Assembly: GCA_951406725.2 (NCBI GenBank)
Contig: OX597826.1
Location: 13,702,001-13,766,000 of the forward strand
Direction of reading: 5' to 3'
Source: Octopus vulgaris
Lineage: Eukaryota
Length of the DNA: 64,000 nucleotides
Each line of letters starts with the position of its first letter. Within the stretch, counting starts at the first letter, position 1. Made by a program: the position numbers and the translations under genes. Of this stretch, positions 33,942 through 49,996 are shown in pieces. A model generated the notes under the pieces. It worked only from the letters and a program-made list of their open reading frames with translations, was not told where the DNA came from and ran no database searches.

Positions 33942-34900
33942 GTAAGTTTTTAAGTTAATTATATTCTTCTTCGTGTGGGTTGAATAAAGGAAATGAATTC
34001 ACAGATTTGAAATGGCACACGTATGCACTTAATATCGTTTATTTAATTGCTATTTTATACCAAGTCAACATTGATCAGGCAGAAATATCATTAAAAGTTT
34101 TCCAATGATTCTGATCTCTTATCTCTTTCAGGCAATATGGATTTAAGAGTACATATTTCAATGTCTCCTTCAAATAACACCTACCTTTATTATCTCACTT
34201 AGATCTCCCTCAAATGACGGCCTCTTTTCCTAAAAAGGGGGAAGTGTAATTGTGAATTAAGAAAGACTTGGCTGTTATAACCAGCAGGTCGAACAACTGA
34301 TTCGAGAACTTTGGCTTTTAATCTAAAACGCACAATCAACAACTCATGATTAATAACTATTTCCTTTCCTTTTCTTCTTTATATAACCTTGAATCTTGAT
34401 TATTTCATTGGTGGGATATAAGGGGATATAACGAAAAATATATTGATCGTTTTCGTTCACATGATCCTTAAAAGAGAATTACACCTTTTATATCGCTAAC
34501 TGGCATTACATATAAGTAAGGTAATTTACTTCTGAGACAGAAGAGCAACAAATACCATAGCAACTGATCAATGAGATGCAATTCCAAGAGGTCAAGAAGT
34601 CGGTCCATCCAAATTCAAAGTCAACAGACGTTAATAATCTAAGCGCATGACCATTTACAAATGAAAATAATATTTGCTATTATCATTATAATTAATATGA
34701 CTATTTCGGTTGGTTTTACCGTAAATATTGTTTCATGTTAAATCGTTAGATAATGGAGAGAACGTGATCAGCATGAGACTTACCATCTCCTTTACTCTAC
34801 GTCCTTCATAGCTATCCTTCACATGAAATATCTGGATTTGAAGTACGTTTTAAAACTATTCTGTAATTTAGATAAATGTGTGATAATTAAGGAAATATAT

Positions 34901-35403
<503 letters not shown>

Positions 35404-35503
35404 NNNNNNNNNNNNNNNNNNNNNNNNNNNNNNNNNNNNNNNNNNNNNNNNNNNNNNNNNNNNNNNNNNNNNNNNNNNNNNNNNNNNNNNNNNNNNNNNN
35501 NNN
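35404..35503. other. Assembly gap (100 N)
   Basis: Directly visible. Confidence 1.
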
Positions 35504-36623
35504 GTTTGTGTTTTGTGCTCACGTGTATACTGTAGTCAGCGATTTTTGCCATGGACAGCAAGTTGGAAGGAAGTGCCAACGTGAAATTTGCGTTAAGCTT
35601 GGGGAGTCGAGTACAAAGACATTGAGCATGCTTCGGAGAGTTTACGGCGATGAGGCAATTTCTTCAACTTGCTCGGACGCTTCAAAAGACATAGCTGCAG
35701 CTGAATCAAGAGCACGCTCATCGTTCTTGTCGATAACCATGGTGTTGTGCATAGAGAGTTCGTCCTCCAGAAACAGACCGTCATTCAAGAGTTCTACTGC
35801 GATATTTTCAAGGATTTGATGGAGGGCATTCGGCGAAAGTGAGCAGATCTTTGAAGTGCGAAAAATTGGATTCTTCACAACGACAACGCACCTTGTTACC
35901 GAGCTCTCCTTACCCGTGAGTTTCTCGCAAAAATCAACACGGTATCGCCTTCGAATCTGCCCTATTACCCAGACTTAGCATCAGAAAACTTCCATCTCTT
36001 CTCCAAGATGAGAATGCAACTCAAATGTCGCTGGTTGAACCGCGTCGTTGAGATCAAGAGCGAATCGCGGAACGACTTCGACTCGCTTACGGTAAACGGC
36101 TTCCAGGCGGGATTCCAAAAGTAGCAGGAACGCTGATTTTAAGACCTAGGTGAATAAGTTATTTTTTATCAGACGTATCTATTCCGTAGACCTCTTTGAT
36201 ACCATCTCGTAGAACTTGCGTTATAGGACATCCTTGACGGGCTGAGCGTGTGGTTCAAAATTCCTTTTTGTTCGCTTGGCAGCACACCAGCATGTTTCAG
36301 TTATGTTTTAAATTCACATCTATGGAATGTGTGCAGTGGGGTAGGGACTATATTCCATGGACCAAGCAAAATATATGAATATAGAGATCTATTATAAATC
36401 TCTTTTATATTTTTTTAAACTGCTGCATTCATTTCTTCGACAGGGTTTCGCGTAACTCTTTGGTTGGTAATAACTTTTTTCTATAAATCATTTACAGAAA
36501 GCTTCTCAACTGTTTTCTTTCTTTGATGAATCAACTATTGCGAGGCTTTGAACAAAGCTTCGAATAGATGATGCTTTATCCCTCTTGTAAAAAAAAAAAT
36601 GTTATTCTTGTCTCCAATATCAG

Positions 36624-36711
36624 CGAATTGCTGGAAGCTGCTTCAATCATTCATGTAAGGATTGGGAAATGTGTTTACCTGGAATCAATACCTACTACTG
36701 CTTAGAATTGG
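36624..36711 (+). CDS. Duplicate of exon 2 (in probable assembly duplicate)
   Basis: Same sequence and splice sites as 32992-33079. Confidence 0.5.
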
Positions 36712-37414
36712 GTAAGTTACATTTTGTATGTTAATGTTGATGTAAAAATATTTCGTCTTATATTCTCGTTATGTAGAAAATCCTTTTTGCTTAACCTTTT
36801 AGCTTTCGCAGTACTCTGTCCAAAGTAACATTGTCTTGAATTAATCCTGCATTATCTTGTGGCTTTAAGACCTCAGTCATGTGATAATTTATTTTTACTA
36901 TAACATTGTAAAGTAAATGTGAGATTTTGGATCTGGTCCCTTTCATAACAAAAGAGGCAGAATATTTTGGCCGCATATAGCCTTTTTAAATGCTGAAGGG
37001 CGAAATCATTATTCTGTGAAGGAAGTAAAAGCCCTATCAGATTATTGGCGTGGAAGTTAGAGATTTCTAGGTAAAGATAATATATTTAATGTAAAACTTT
37101 GCTTAATATTGTGTAGTTAATGCAAAACATTAAAATTTGCTAAAGCGTGTGTTCAGAATTCCAGGGAATACTAATTTGAGTAATGTGGATTTTACTAATT
37201 CGTTTAATATGAGATATAGTTCATGCTGTATCTTAAAACATAGTCTGATAATCTTGTCTACTCATAGATTTAAAGATAGGTTAAATCGTTGTGAGGGAAT
37301 GAAGTTCAATTCAACCGTGTAGTTCTTGATACTATTGTACTGCTCAGCAGTGCTATGCTATTAATATTTGACAAATACGTTTCTTCTCTTTTTTACATCT
37401 AATAAATATCATAG

Positions 37415-37573
37415 ACAGAGACTGTGGTCTACCACTCCAGATGAACTCCGCGGTGATCGCTTGGGGCAATAATTGGTCTGTGAGATATAAGTGTTTGGTG
37501 AATATGATTGGAGAAGACGCTCGAAAATCAAAGTGTCAGCACAGCTCAGTTTGGTCGAAACCAGAAGCATGTC
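37415..37573 (+). CDS. Duplicate of exon 3 (in probable assembly duplicate)
   Basis: Same sequence and splice sites as 33783-33941. Confidence 0.5.
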
Positions 37574-38689
37574 GTAAGTTTTTAAGTTAATTATATTCTT
37601 CTTCGTGTGGGTTGAATAAAGGAAATGAATTCACAGATTTGAAATGGCACACGTATGCACTTAATATCGTTTATTTAATTGCTATTTTATACCAAGTCAA
37701 CATTGATCAGGCAGAAATATCATTAAAAGTGTTCCAATGATTCTGATCTCTTATCTCTTTCAGGCAATATGGATTTAGGAATACATTTTTCAATGTCACC
37801 TTCAAATAACACCTACCTTTATTACCTCACTTAGATCTCCCTCAAATGACGGCCTCTTTTCCTAAAAAGGGGGAAGTGTAATTGTGAATTAAGAAAGACT
37901 TGGCTGTTATAACCAGCAGGTCGAACAACTGAATCGAGAACTTTGGCTTTTAATCTAAAACGCACAATCAACAACTCATGATTAATAACTATTTCCTTTC
38001 CTTTTCTTCTTTATATAACCTTGAATCTTGATTATTTCATTGGTGGGATATAAGGGGATATAACGAAAAATTTATTGATCGTTTTCGTTCACATGATCCT
38101 TAAAAGAGAGTTACACCTTTTATATCGCTAACTGGCATTACATATAAGTAAGGTAATTTACTTCTGAGACAGAAGAGCAACAAATACCATAGCAACTGAT
38201 CAATGAGATGCAATTCCAAGAGGTCAAGAAGTCGGTCCATCCAAATTCAAAGTCAACAGACGTTAATAATCTAAGCGCATGACCATTTACAAATGAAAAT
38301 AATATTTGCTATTATCATTATAATTAATATGACTATTTCGGTTGGTTTTACCGTAAATATTGTTTCATGTTAAATCGTTAGATAATGGAGAGAACGTGAT
38401 CAGCATGAGACTTACCATCTCCTTTACTCTACGTCCTTCATAGCTATCCTTCACATGAAATATCTGGATTTGAAGTACGTTTTAAAACTATTCTGTAATT
38501 TAGATAAATGTGTGATAATTAAGGAAATATATGGGCGTAGGAGTGGCTGCGTGGTAAGTAGCTTGCTTACCAACCACATGGTTCCTGGTTCAGTCCCACT
38601 GCGTGGCATCTTGGCCAAGTGTCTTCTACTATAGCCTCGGGCCGACCAAAACCTCGTGAGTGGAAACTGAAACTGAAAAGAAGCCCGTC

Positions 38690-38781
<92 letters not shown>

Positions 38782-39878
38782 TCGTGTGTTTGTGTTTGTG
38801 CCCCAACATCTCTTGACAACCGATGCTGGTGTGTTTACGTCCACGTAACTTAGCGGTTCAGCAAAACGGACCGATGGAATAAGCGCTAGGCTTACAAAGC
38901 ATAATTCTTGGTGTCGATTTGCTCGACTAAAACCGGTGCTCCAGCATGGCCACAGTCACATGACTGAAACAAGTAAAAGAGAGAGAAAAAGAGTATATTA
39001 TTTTATTTACAGTTTTTAACTGAAGAACATGTGACCTCATCTATTACGTGTATGCTACAGTTTAGATTCTCGAACTGATTAATTCCATTTTGTTTCTCAA
39101 ATCCTTTGGGAAACATTTGGCTCCAGCCTCTTTATTAATGAGGAAATGAAATATAGTTTGCATCTATCCTTTTTCTTCACATCTAAACAATCTGAAACCA
39201 TCTTAATGTTGCTCGTGTTAAAATCTTAATGTCGCAGATAGTGTGTCTGCTGCTTTTTTCTATTTTCACAGTCCATTCTCCCATGAGAAACACCGGGGTG
39301 CTGTTTTTAGTTGCTACGCGATTGAACAAAATGGCCGTGGTGTTTTCTTAAAGTATTTTTGTACCAAGTTCAAATTCCGATGAAGTCACGTTTTTAAGCC
39401 ACTTCAAATTACAAAGCAGCTGGTCGTATTACTCTCATTAACATGATTAACTTCTCCAAGCAGTATTAGGCATCAAGCTAGGAACATCATAGATATTACC
39501 TGGTTTTATGTTGGCCTCTTAAATGTCCTATGAATTGAACTCAATTACTGCCTACCTTGAGTGACTTTTACCATGGTATTGTACCATATATTCCATCGAT
39601 ATTTGATCCTATTATATTGTAATATATTGTAATCTGATCCTGATTAGTAACAGCTGTTCCACCTAAGGTTTAACTAGCATGTAAACCACTGGTAGGTAAT
39701 TAGGTAGGTATGTAGGTAGGTAGGTAGGTAGGTAGGTTCTCTTTGTGTGAATCTCAAGAATAAAAAATAAATTCATATAAATGTCTATATGCACTATTAT
39801 ATAGGCCCGCATACTGGAACATATACACATGCATATGTACCTAAACACATACGAATATATGTGTGTGTGTATGTGTGC

Positions 39879-39919
<41 letters not shown>

Positions 39920-39923
39920 ATTA

Positions 39924-39981
<58 letters not shown>

Positions 39982-40145
39982 CAAACAATTAAACTTACTT
40001 CAATCTATCCACTACTTTTGACAATTACTATAAAACCACTAATTTTTAGACGTTTCTTTAAGATTACAAACTTCCCAATACTCCCCATATTATAAACCCA
40101 ACAAGTATCTTATTTGACTCATCTTCAGGTTATGTTGTGCTGTGT

Positions 40146-40346
<201 letters not shown>

Positions 40347-41021
40347 ATCCAAACAAGAAAACACAAAAAAAACACAACAATGCGAGGACGTGGAACAAAT
40401 ATAGTGTTATTGGACGCTCAGGAAAGAAGAAAAGAAGGAGGGTTTAACGTTTCGAGCGGAGCTCTTCGTCGGAAACATAGGAGAAGGAAAGATCCAGGGA
40501 AGGGAAAACAGAGGAAAAAAATCGCCAACAGTACACACGAGGTCACATTTTGAATCAAAACCATTTAAATTCCAAGATTTACTTATGTTTAATGACTGAA
40601 TGAATTTAATAAAAGCACCTAAATATGAAACATCATGAAAATTGTTCAAAGTGAAGTCCTTCTTGAGGGACACATTTTTCTATTCGAGTCAGTACAGAAT
40701 AAGAGATAGTATTTATGGAATTTTGATTTACTCTCGGGGGACTTTTAATGAACCCTGTATATGTATATGACGGGCCCTCCCTACCACTGGATTACATAGT
40801 ATTGATCTATCTGAGGCTACAGTAAAAGTACTTTGCTCCTTTGCTAGATTACCTTTTAAGCAGTTTGATCCGATTCGGAACAGCATGACTGAGGAGATTT
40901 TAATATGAAATATGCGTGTGCTCACGCTCCTGTAATAATATATTTAAGTAAACAAATACTAAAGTACTGTGTGCTACAACCGGTAGTCTTATATATATAT
41001 ATTTTTTTTTTTTTTAAACAG

Positions 41022-41168
41022 GTTATTCGTGTAAACTGCCATATATTGTATCCTTCAATATGACAAACAGTACTTACAGCGAAAGTTGCTGGAAGTATGA
41101 ATGCCAGGAAACCAATACAAGTTGCCGTATGAAAACAATTTGGAATAACGGATCAAACCATTATCTCG
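41022..41168 (+). CDS. Exon 4: divergent 4-Cys sushi-like module (phase 1-1)
   Basis: Poly-T aaacag|(R)YSCKLPYIVSFNMTNSTYSESCWKYECQETNTSCRMKTIWNNGSNHYL g|gtacgg; 147 nt; the donor is weaker. Confidence 0.65.
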
Positions 41169-41292
41169 GTACGGCTTTAATCCTTATTAGTTATTCTCTA
41201 AAATCAGAGTAAAGCATGGCAATATTTATTCAAAATTACGTATCTAAGAACCTTCTTAATTACTAATACTCTCATTGTTGTTGTTGTTGTTG

Positions 41293-41660
41293 TGAGCTAA
41301 TAGAATCGTTAGCACGTCGGGCAAATGCTTAGCGGTATTTCGTCTGCCGCTACGTTCTGCGCTCAAATTCCGCCGAGGTCGACTTTGCCTTTATTCCTTT
41401 CGGGGTCGATAAATTAAGTACCACTTACGCACTAGGGTCGATATAATCGACTTAATCCATCTGTCTGTCCTTGTTTGTCCTTTCTGTGTTTAGCCCCTTG
41501 TGGGTTGTAAAGAAATAGGTATTTCGTCCGTTTTTTCGTTCCGAGTCCTAATTCTGCTGTGGTCGATTTTGCCTTTCATCCTTTCGGCGTCGGTAAAATA
41601 AGTACCAGTTGAAGACTGGTGTCGATGTAACCCACTTACCTCCGAAATTTCTGACTTTCT
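41293..41660 (+). mobile_element. SINE (second family), with internal partial repeat
   Basis: agaatcgttagcacg...caaattccgccgaggtcgactttgcc...aagtacca, body present twice. Confidence 0.8.
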
Positions 41661-41689
41661 GCCAAAATTTGAAGCGTAGCGTCTGGAGT

Positions 41690-42573
41690 GTCACCAAGCG
41701 CTCAAATCCCTCTGCCAAATGGTCAATGCGATCGTTGGAAGTTCTGTCGGGAATTAGTAGCGGGCAAGAGCGACGACAATCTCAGGGAAACTCGGGGAAT
41801 CGGGTGGGATCAACCAGTTGATGTTTTCCGGATGACATTTGGGCCGGGGCCGATGTATAGTTTCCAGAAATCCCTGGCCTGACAGTGCTCTGTCTGTTCA
41901 AGACAAGCCTTACAAGCACGGAATTACCGTAAGACAAACCTGCTCGATATGTGCGCAGGGAGTTAAAACGGTTCTGTGTGCATTTGTCCAGTGTCCAAGC
42001 ATTGCTGATTTGTGGTGCACTGTCGAACAGCTGTCGATGCATGTACCACGGATCCGGTTATCCGAGTCCATCGTGAAGACTGTCCCGCCACATTTTTTGA
42101 CCGAGAAAGGAATGGAGATTTCCCCGCTATCTCTCTGACAGAGATAGTGTGGTGGATGATATTGAAAGGCCTGAAGACAGACACTTTCTCTTTAGACGAA
42201 TCCTCATCAACTTTTTCATGTTCTACTTAAAAAGAGAAGTCAGGGACAAGGAAGTGCTGCCTCCAAGAAGTTTTACTGAAAGGTGTGTGAATGTGGCGGA
42301 GATAACCTGTATGACTGGGCCTTCGCTGAACATGTGCTTAGCGAACAGCGAAGTCAAGGGGACGTGAAGTACCTGCTTGAGTTGCCCTTCGTGGTCAAGG
42401 TGACAAGGATATGTAGGGTTCCTTGGTTGACTCTGAGAGAAACTCCTCTCTTTTGGAGAATTTTATTGTTTACATTTTGTTAATTGTATACAAATATTGT
42501 CCTTACCCACTTCTCCCTCGTGTCGTTTCCTCCCTATTTAATTTGAGTACGGCCCTTGTAGCCAAAAAAGGAA
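41690..42573 (+). mobile_element. L1/Tx1-like LINE 3' remnant
   Basis: FQKSLA, CSICAQGVKTVLCAFVQCPSIADLW zinc-knuckle region, EIVWW; ends in an A-rich tail before (ATT)n. Confidence 0.6.
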
Positions 42574-42606
42574 AGATTATTATTATTATTATCATTATTA
42601 TTATTA

Positions 42607-42678
<72 letters not shown>

Positions 42679-42681
<3 letters not shown>

Positions 42682-43306
42682 TAGTTTTATTTTTATAGCG
42701 TGCTTTCACTTCACTACCGAGCACAGCTCTGTGTGCCTTGGGTATGTGCTGTGATTTGTTGTGATGCTCTGATGGTTATTGTATGGAAAGTGTTCTGCGT
42801 AGGATGTGTGCAGTGCCTAGTAGTGCAATTTTCTGTATGTTATATGTGTTTGTAAGTCCTGGTGTTTTTGTTATGTATTTGTCTGAATATTTTTTTATCA
42901 TGCCTAATGCACCTACTATGATAGGAATTGTTTCTGTTTTCAGATTCCACATTCTAGTTACCTCTATTTCCAGGTCTTTGTATTTTGAGAGTTTCTCCAT
43001 TTCTTTTAGAGACACGTTGTCATCAGCCGGTATTGATACATCAATTAGAAAGCATTTTTTTCTTCATGATCTCTGACAATTATATCTGGTCTGTTGGCCT
43101 TAATTTCTCTATCTGTGTGTATCTGCATATCCCAGAGTATGGTTGCTTTCTCGTTTTCTGTGACCTTTTCTGGTGTGTGCCTATACCATCTTTTTTCTGT
43201 TGTTATTCCATAATGTTGGCATAGCTTCCAATGTATGTAGGTTCCAACTCTGTCATGGCTGTGAATATATTCCTTCTTAGCCAAGACTGGGCAGCTAGAG
43301 ATAATA
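42679..43306 (-). mobile_element. 3' end of the same Dong-like family as 1348-4665, flanked by (ATT)n
   Basis: Near-identical peptide (ILWDMQIHTDREIKANRPDII, LSKYKDLEIE, LLGTAHILRRTLSIQ) and 3' UTR. Confidence 0.9.
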
Positions 43307-44255
<949 letters not shown>

Positions 44256-44956
44256 TTGTTTAAAGTCTCGATTTCTTATGTCGAATTAACTGATAACTAT
44301 TTTGCTTTCAGTTGGAAAAGTTGGTTTTTCTTTAAAATTATCACAAATCAATTTGTCAGAGGAAACTATGAGAGCTGGGAAGAGTTTAAAGAAGATGAGA
44401 GCGGGGCAAGCTAAGTTGCACTGCTTCTGTACCAGAGATGTGTTTGTAAAAATGCAGAAATCTTTAAGGTTGGTCGTGTTGTACAGAAAACTCAGCTGTC
44501 ATACATGTATCAGTAAAGGTCATTCAATGGGTTTCTTCTCATCAGATTTGAGAAATTGAAAGAAGAACAGCACAAACTGCAATAGCGAGCTAGAAAACCT
44601 GAGGTTCCCAAGGAATCATCAGTCGCATCTCCAGAAATGTTGGCAAGGATCACCATCTCGTTGGTTCTAAGGCATCCAGGAAGATGAATCGCATTTTTCC
44701 AGGCCATAGTCATCAGCACCAGCCTATTGGTTTCCGACAGTGAAGAAAGAAAGGAAAATACTCTGTAGAGGCAAAATACTAGAGAAAGCAGAAGCAAATA
44801 GAAAAAGAAACCAAAACCTCTTTTTAAAAAATGACACAAATACCGTGAAGAGGAGTCCATGTCCCGTTACACGGCTTTAAATTTCAGTTCGCGCACAGCA
44901 GCAAAAAACTGATGGAAGAGATTTTTAAAATCTTTGTGACTGATTTCAGGACAAAA

Positions 44957-45206
44957 TTCAGTGCAGATTAGCAGACAGAGACTCGCTATGTGGATCATAG
45001 AATAATCAGGATATTAAAACACTCGAACAATGCTACAAATGACTTTGCATAAAATATTTCCAGGAGCTGGGCCCTTTCTTGGCTTTTCCAACCTCAAAAT
45101 TGCACAAAGATACTTTTTGGACAAGTAAAGTACGTGGAAAGCAAAAGAAGAAAAGAAATATTAAACGGGGATGATGAAAGTTGTGGCAATCATAATTTGA
45201 CTCAAC
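44957..45206 (+). repeat. ~250 bp dispersed direct repeat (second copy 49747-49996)
   Basis: ttcagtgcagattagcagacagag...aatttgactcaac, nearly identical in both places. Confidence 0.9.
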
Positions 45207-46636
45207 TGGGTGATTCTATGGGTGAATTTCTATATTTTCATTAAATTATTTATCATAATATTTCTTTTACATATTTACTTAAATATCTTGTACAATAATT
45301 GCGTCAAATTTAAAAGATTTTTTTGATATTTTTAGCATGTCCTGATATACTGGATTTGAAATGCCTTTTACTTCTTTCTTCGTTCACATTCACCTTTTTC
45401 CTTTCTTCTTAATATCAATCATATATTTATTCAATAATCTATCCCATATCATTGCTACGAGCGTGCCGCAGCAAGTATTGCCTGTAATTTAGTACTGAAG
45501 TCGACATTCATTTCTTTGCAGATACTGATATCATCCACACCCTGGATGGACTCAAATATGGCCACTCCTGCTAATTTGTCAAAATTAATATTTAAATATA
45601 ATGCAGAATGCCTCGGCAATTCAATGTGTTATGCGACTGAGTCCGATTACATGAAATAATGTTTCTCTAAAATTTCGTAATAAAACATTCTTATATTCAA
45701 TGAATTGGAATCTTTTAAACAGATATTTCCTGTACAACGAAGAATAATGTAAGCAGTCAGTTAACAAATTTCAGTTATTTTTGTGCCAAAAGTAAAATCG
45801 TCGATAATTTCAACTACTTTCAACCCTGTTTACCAAAGAAAGCTAGACACCCTTGTCGTAAGTCTAATAAAATATTCTTAATTTTTTTTAACATTTTATT
45901 ATTTTACTAACTGTAGCAAGTTAGAGTAACTTCAAATGCTTTAGTCGGTTATATCGTGCCCGTCTGTTTGTCAACTCACCAGAGATATGTAATATAGAAT
46001 GTGTTCATTATTACTGGTAACAAAACTTCCTATTTGGACCATTGCAAGAAGACTGAAAGAAGTTGGTTTTGTTTCTAAAATGTTTTGCACTACAAAGCCT
46101 CTTTTCATCAAAAACATTTCGAACAAAATGCATCATTTAGTCATATGTGGTAAATTGGTCAAAAACTCATTCAGATTTGTTTCAGAAACTCTTTCCGAGT
46201 TAAGAATCAAGATTTCAGCATTTTAGTGGTAGTTTTGCGAAAACCAACTAATTACCCGGCTTGGTTTCCAGTCATCATCGGGTATTTTATTGCTGGGTGT
46301 GTGATCTTTCTTATGATTGTATTTACAAATAGTCCAGTGGATAAGATTACTATTGTCTTTAATTTAAAAATAAAGGCTCCCAACTCGAAACTAAACCAGG
46401 GAATGTGTACACACCCAGGAAAAAAACATCAAAGGGCGATCGGATAATAAACAATTACTAACATACTCTCAGCATAAATTTGAGATTCTCCACCTTCTTA
46501 TTCAATTCACAAAGAGATAGTGGAGAGAATAATAGGGCCGTGATGTGAAAGACAGATCAATAGATCGATAGGTAGATAGATAAATAGATAGAGAGATCCA
46601 TATATACATACATACATACATACATACATACATACA

Positions 46637-46670
<34 letters not shown>

Positions 46671-46698
46671 CATGCATACGCACGTACGTACATACATG

Positions 46699-46745
<47 letters not shown>

Positions 46746-46963
46746 ATGTTGATTCGCACGCATTTTTTTCTCTCCTTGTTTCTTTCTGTGTTCCTTTTCT
46801 CTCTGTGTATCTTTCTGTTGAAGAGCGTAGGCTCGAAACGTAAAAGACTTGTTTTATTTATATTCCTGAGCCCCATACTAATACAATTGTTTGTTTATAT
46901 TCCACCTGCCTTCGTCTTTTGTTTATTTTCATAAAGCTTCCCGTTATATAAATATATATATAT

Positions 46964-47015
<52 letters not shown>

Positions 47016-47454
47016 AATTCAAGAATAGCTTATCCTCATTAGGAATTAATGAATCCAAAATTTTACTCCATCACATTAGAAGCAAATTTCCACGATGCAT
47101 TACGAATTATTAAAATAGGTAAAATTAATAATGTAAGAAAATGGAGGTTGAGGATGTATACATAATTTATTTGCATTATAGTTTGTTGTTAAGATATAAA
47201 TACAACTGAATTTTAAAAAATAAACTCAACAGAAGACGCCAAATACCGACATATGTTTCGATTTTGACATTTCGGTGATACATAATACAAAGCATGTGGG
47301 TAAAATCCAATGTTAAAAATTTAAGCCGTAAACAGAATCTCTTCACTCTTTTCGTTGTAATAATAACGAAGGTTACATCTTTCTTAAAGAAATTCAAATC
47401 TACAAGGTGTAGATTTGATTTCCTTTAAGAATATATATATATATATATATACAC

Positions 47455-47628
47455 TTTACTCTTTCACTCTTTTACTAGTTTCACTTTCCATCTACCAAAT
47501 CCACTCACAAGTCTTTAGTCGGCCCGACGCTATTGTAGGAGGCATTTGCCCAAGGTGCCACGCAGAGGGACTGAACCCGGAACCATGTGGTTCATAAGCA
47601 AGCTACTTACCACGCAGCCACTCCTACG

Positions 47629-47632
<4 letters not shown>
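47455..47632 (-). mobile_element. Octopus-type SINE, internally deleted
   Basis: Head joined almost directly to tail. Confidence 0.75.
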
Positions 47633-47674
<42 letters not shown>

Positions 47675-47849
47675 TGTTGCTTAATCTCGAACGAATGAGA
47701 AATGAGTGCGCAGCGCAACATATGTTGCTGACGATATGAAGATCGCAGTGATGTGAAACATGGGTTGAGAGACAAACTCTTACTTTCAGCTTCAATAAAA
47801 CATTGTACATATACATGTGTGAGTGTATGTGTGTGTATACGTGAGCTTG

Positions 47850-48581
47850 TGTATGTATGTATGTATGTATGTATGTATGTATGCATGCATGCATGTATGT
47901 ATGTATGTATGTATGTATGTATGTATGTATGTATGTATGTATGTATGTATGTATGTATGTATGTATGTATGTATGTATGTATGCATGTATGTATGTATGT
48001 ATGTATGTATGTATGTATGTATGTATGTATGTATGTATGTATGCATGCATGCATGTATGTATGTATGTATGTATGTATGTATGTATGTATGTATGTATGT
48101 ATGTATGCATGCATGTATGTATGTATGTATGTATGTATGTATGTATGTATGTATGTATGTATGTATGTATGTATGCATGTATGTATGTATGTATGTATGT
48201 ATGTATGTATGTATGTATGTATGTATGTATGTATGTATGTATGTATGCATGCATGCATGTATGTATGTATGTATGTATGTATGTATGTATGTATGTATGT
48301 ATGTATGCATGCATGCATGCATGTATGTATGTATGTATGTATGTATGTATGTATGTATGTATGTATGTATGTATGTATGTATGTATGTATGTATGTATGC
48401 ATGCATGCATGTATGTATGTATGTATGTATGTATGTATGTATGTATGTATGTATGTATGCATGCATGCATGCATGTATGTATGTATGTATGTATGTATGC
48501 ATGCATGTATGTATGTATGTATGTATGTATGTATGTATGTATGTATGTATGTATGTATGTATGTATGTATGCATGTATGTA
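47850..48581. repeat. (ATGT)n array with periodic (ATGC) variants
   Basis: Directly visible. Confidence 0.97.
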
Positions 48582-48909
48582 TCAACCCCGTCCATATTCC
48601 TGTCTTGCTGCGTCTGTGAATGCCTTGGGTACTGTCGCTTCCTACAGACAAACCAAGATTATAAAACATGTGGAAATGAATATTATGTATGTTGATTAGC
48701 GCTGTGGGATGGTTTTCTTTGCTATTTGAAGCTACCCACATTATTAAACCTTTGCCTCTACTTCATCAGATATACTCGATCTAATATGTAAGAAATGTTT
48801 AAACGATTACATTAATGTTCTCTCTGTCTCCCTCCCTCTGTCTTTCTCTTTTCCACTCTCTCTCTCCCTCTTGAAGTCTCCTAATCTTTCTTCAAATTCG
48901 GTTGAATAG

Positions 48910-49068
48910 GTATAAGATGCGACGTACCAAGAATTACAACTAAGGTAGATGATCCGCAAAAAAACTGCACCCGAAAAATTCTCTGCAACTGGATGAGGTT
49001 TCCTAAAGTTCAGATAATAAAATTTTGCGCACCAAAAATACAAATGGAAAATGGTACGATAAGTTTTG
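48910..49068 (+). CDS. Exon 5: second divergent 4-Cys sushi-like module (phase 1-1)
   Basis: gaatag|(G)IRCDVPRITTKVDDPQKNCTRKILCNWMRFPKVQIIKFCAPKIQMENGTISF g|gtaagt; 159 nt; same Cys/Pro/NG layout as exon 4. Confidence 0.65.
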
Positions 49069-49996
49069 GTAAGTTTAAGAATTAAAGTTCTTCAATTTAT
49101 TCATTTTCCTCAGATGATCGATTGGTTTATTTATTCAGCACATTAACGAATTGGCCACTCAATCAATGAAACAATCAATTCTGTGTATTCCATATGTATA
49201 CGTGAATGTGTGCGTGTGTTCAGCCCAGGAACCTCAGCTGGAGCATTATTGGATTGTTCGACAAATTTTCGTGGTTCCACTAATCGACATTGTGTAGTAG
49301 TTACCCCGTTCTTTCTGGAAAATAAAACTAGCGTTTAGGGTTTTTATGCAGTTCTGTTGTTACGAATGTGATTGCATTTATGACAACAGGTACAAATTAA
49401 AATCTATAACCTGGACACAAGTACTATATGTTTCTAATTTTTTCAGCATAATGACAAAACATTCGCATCCACCAGGCAGCTGATATCTACAACAATGAGC
49501 GTACGTCAGCTTCTGTCCCATTCAACAACACCGGGCCTGCTTTTTTTTTGGTGTTTTTTTGGTGGGGAATAAGTAAAATGTTACACTTGTGTATTTAATT
49601 TTTACGAATGTGGCTACATTCTGGTGTGCTTTTGATACGGCCGCCGCAACAATCCTTCCTGCATATAGCATTGCAGACATTATTAGCGACAATGTCATGC
49701 TTCTTCGGAAGGTGTTATCTTGCTGACATTTTTCGACGGTTGCTGATTCAGTGCAGATTAGCAGACAGAGACTCGCTATGTGGATCATAGAATAATCAGG
49801 ATATTAAAACACTCGAACAATGCTACGAATAACTTTGCATAAAATATTTCCAGGAGCTGGGCCCTTTGTTGGCTGTTCCAACCTCAAAATTGCACAAAGA
49901 TACTTTTTGGACAAGTAAAGTACGTGGAATGCAAAAGAAGAAAAGAAATATTAAACGGGGATGATGAAAGTTGTGGTAATCCTAATTTGACTCAAC

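Noticed and set aside
39013-39352. Candidate acceptors at 39012 and 39271
   Set aside because: Quick stops and no domain-like pattern.
44302-44950. Coding-looking segment after a tttcag acceptor
   Set aside because: No recognisable motif and stops in all frames over the region; probably a decayed unknown element.
45522-45660. Candidate exon after tttctttgcag
   Set aside because: The phase required after exon 4 stops after 17 codons, and the longer frame is phase-incompatible. An alternative short terminal exon cannot be fully excluded.
45999-46226. TIARRLKEVGFVSK resembling a mariner HTH
   Set aside because: Too short, with no TIR or DDE support.
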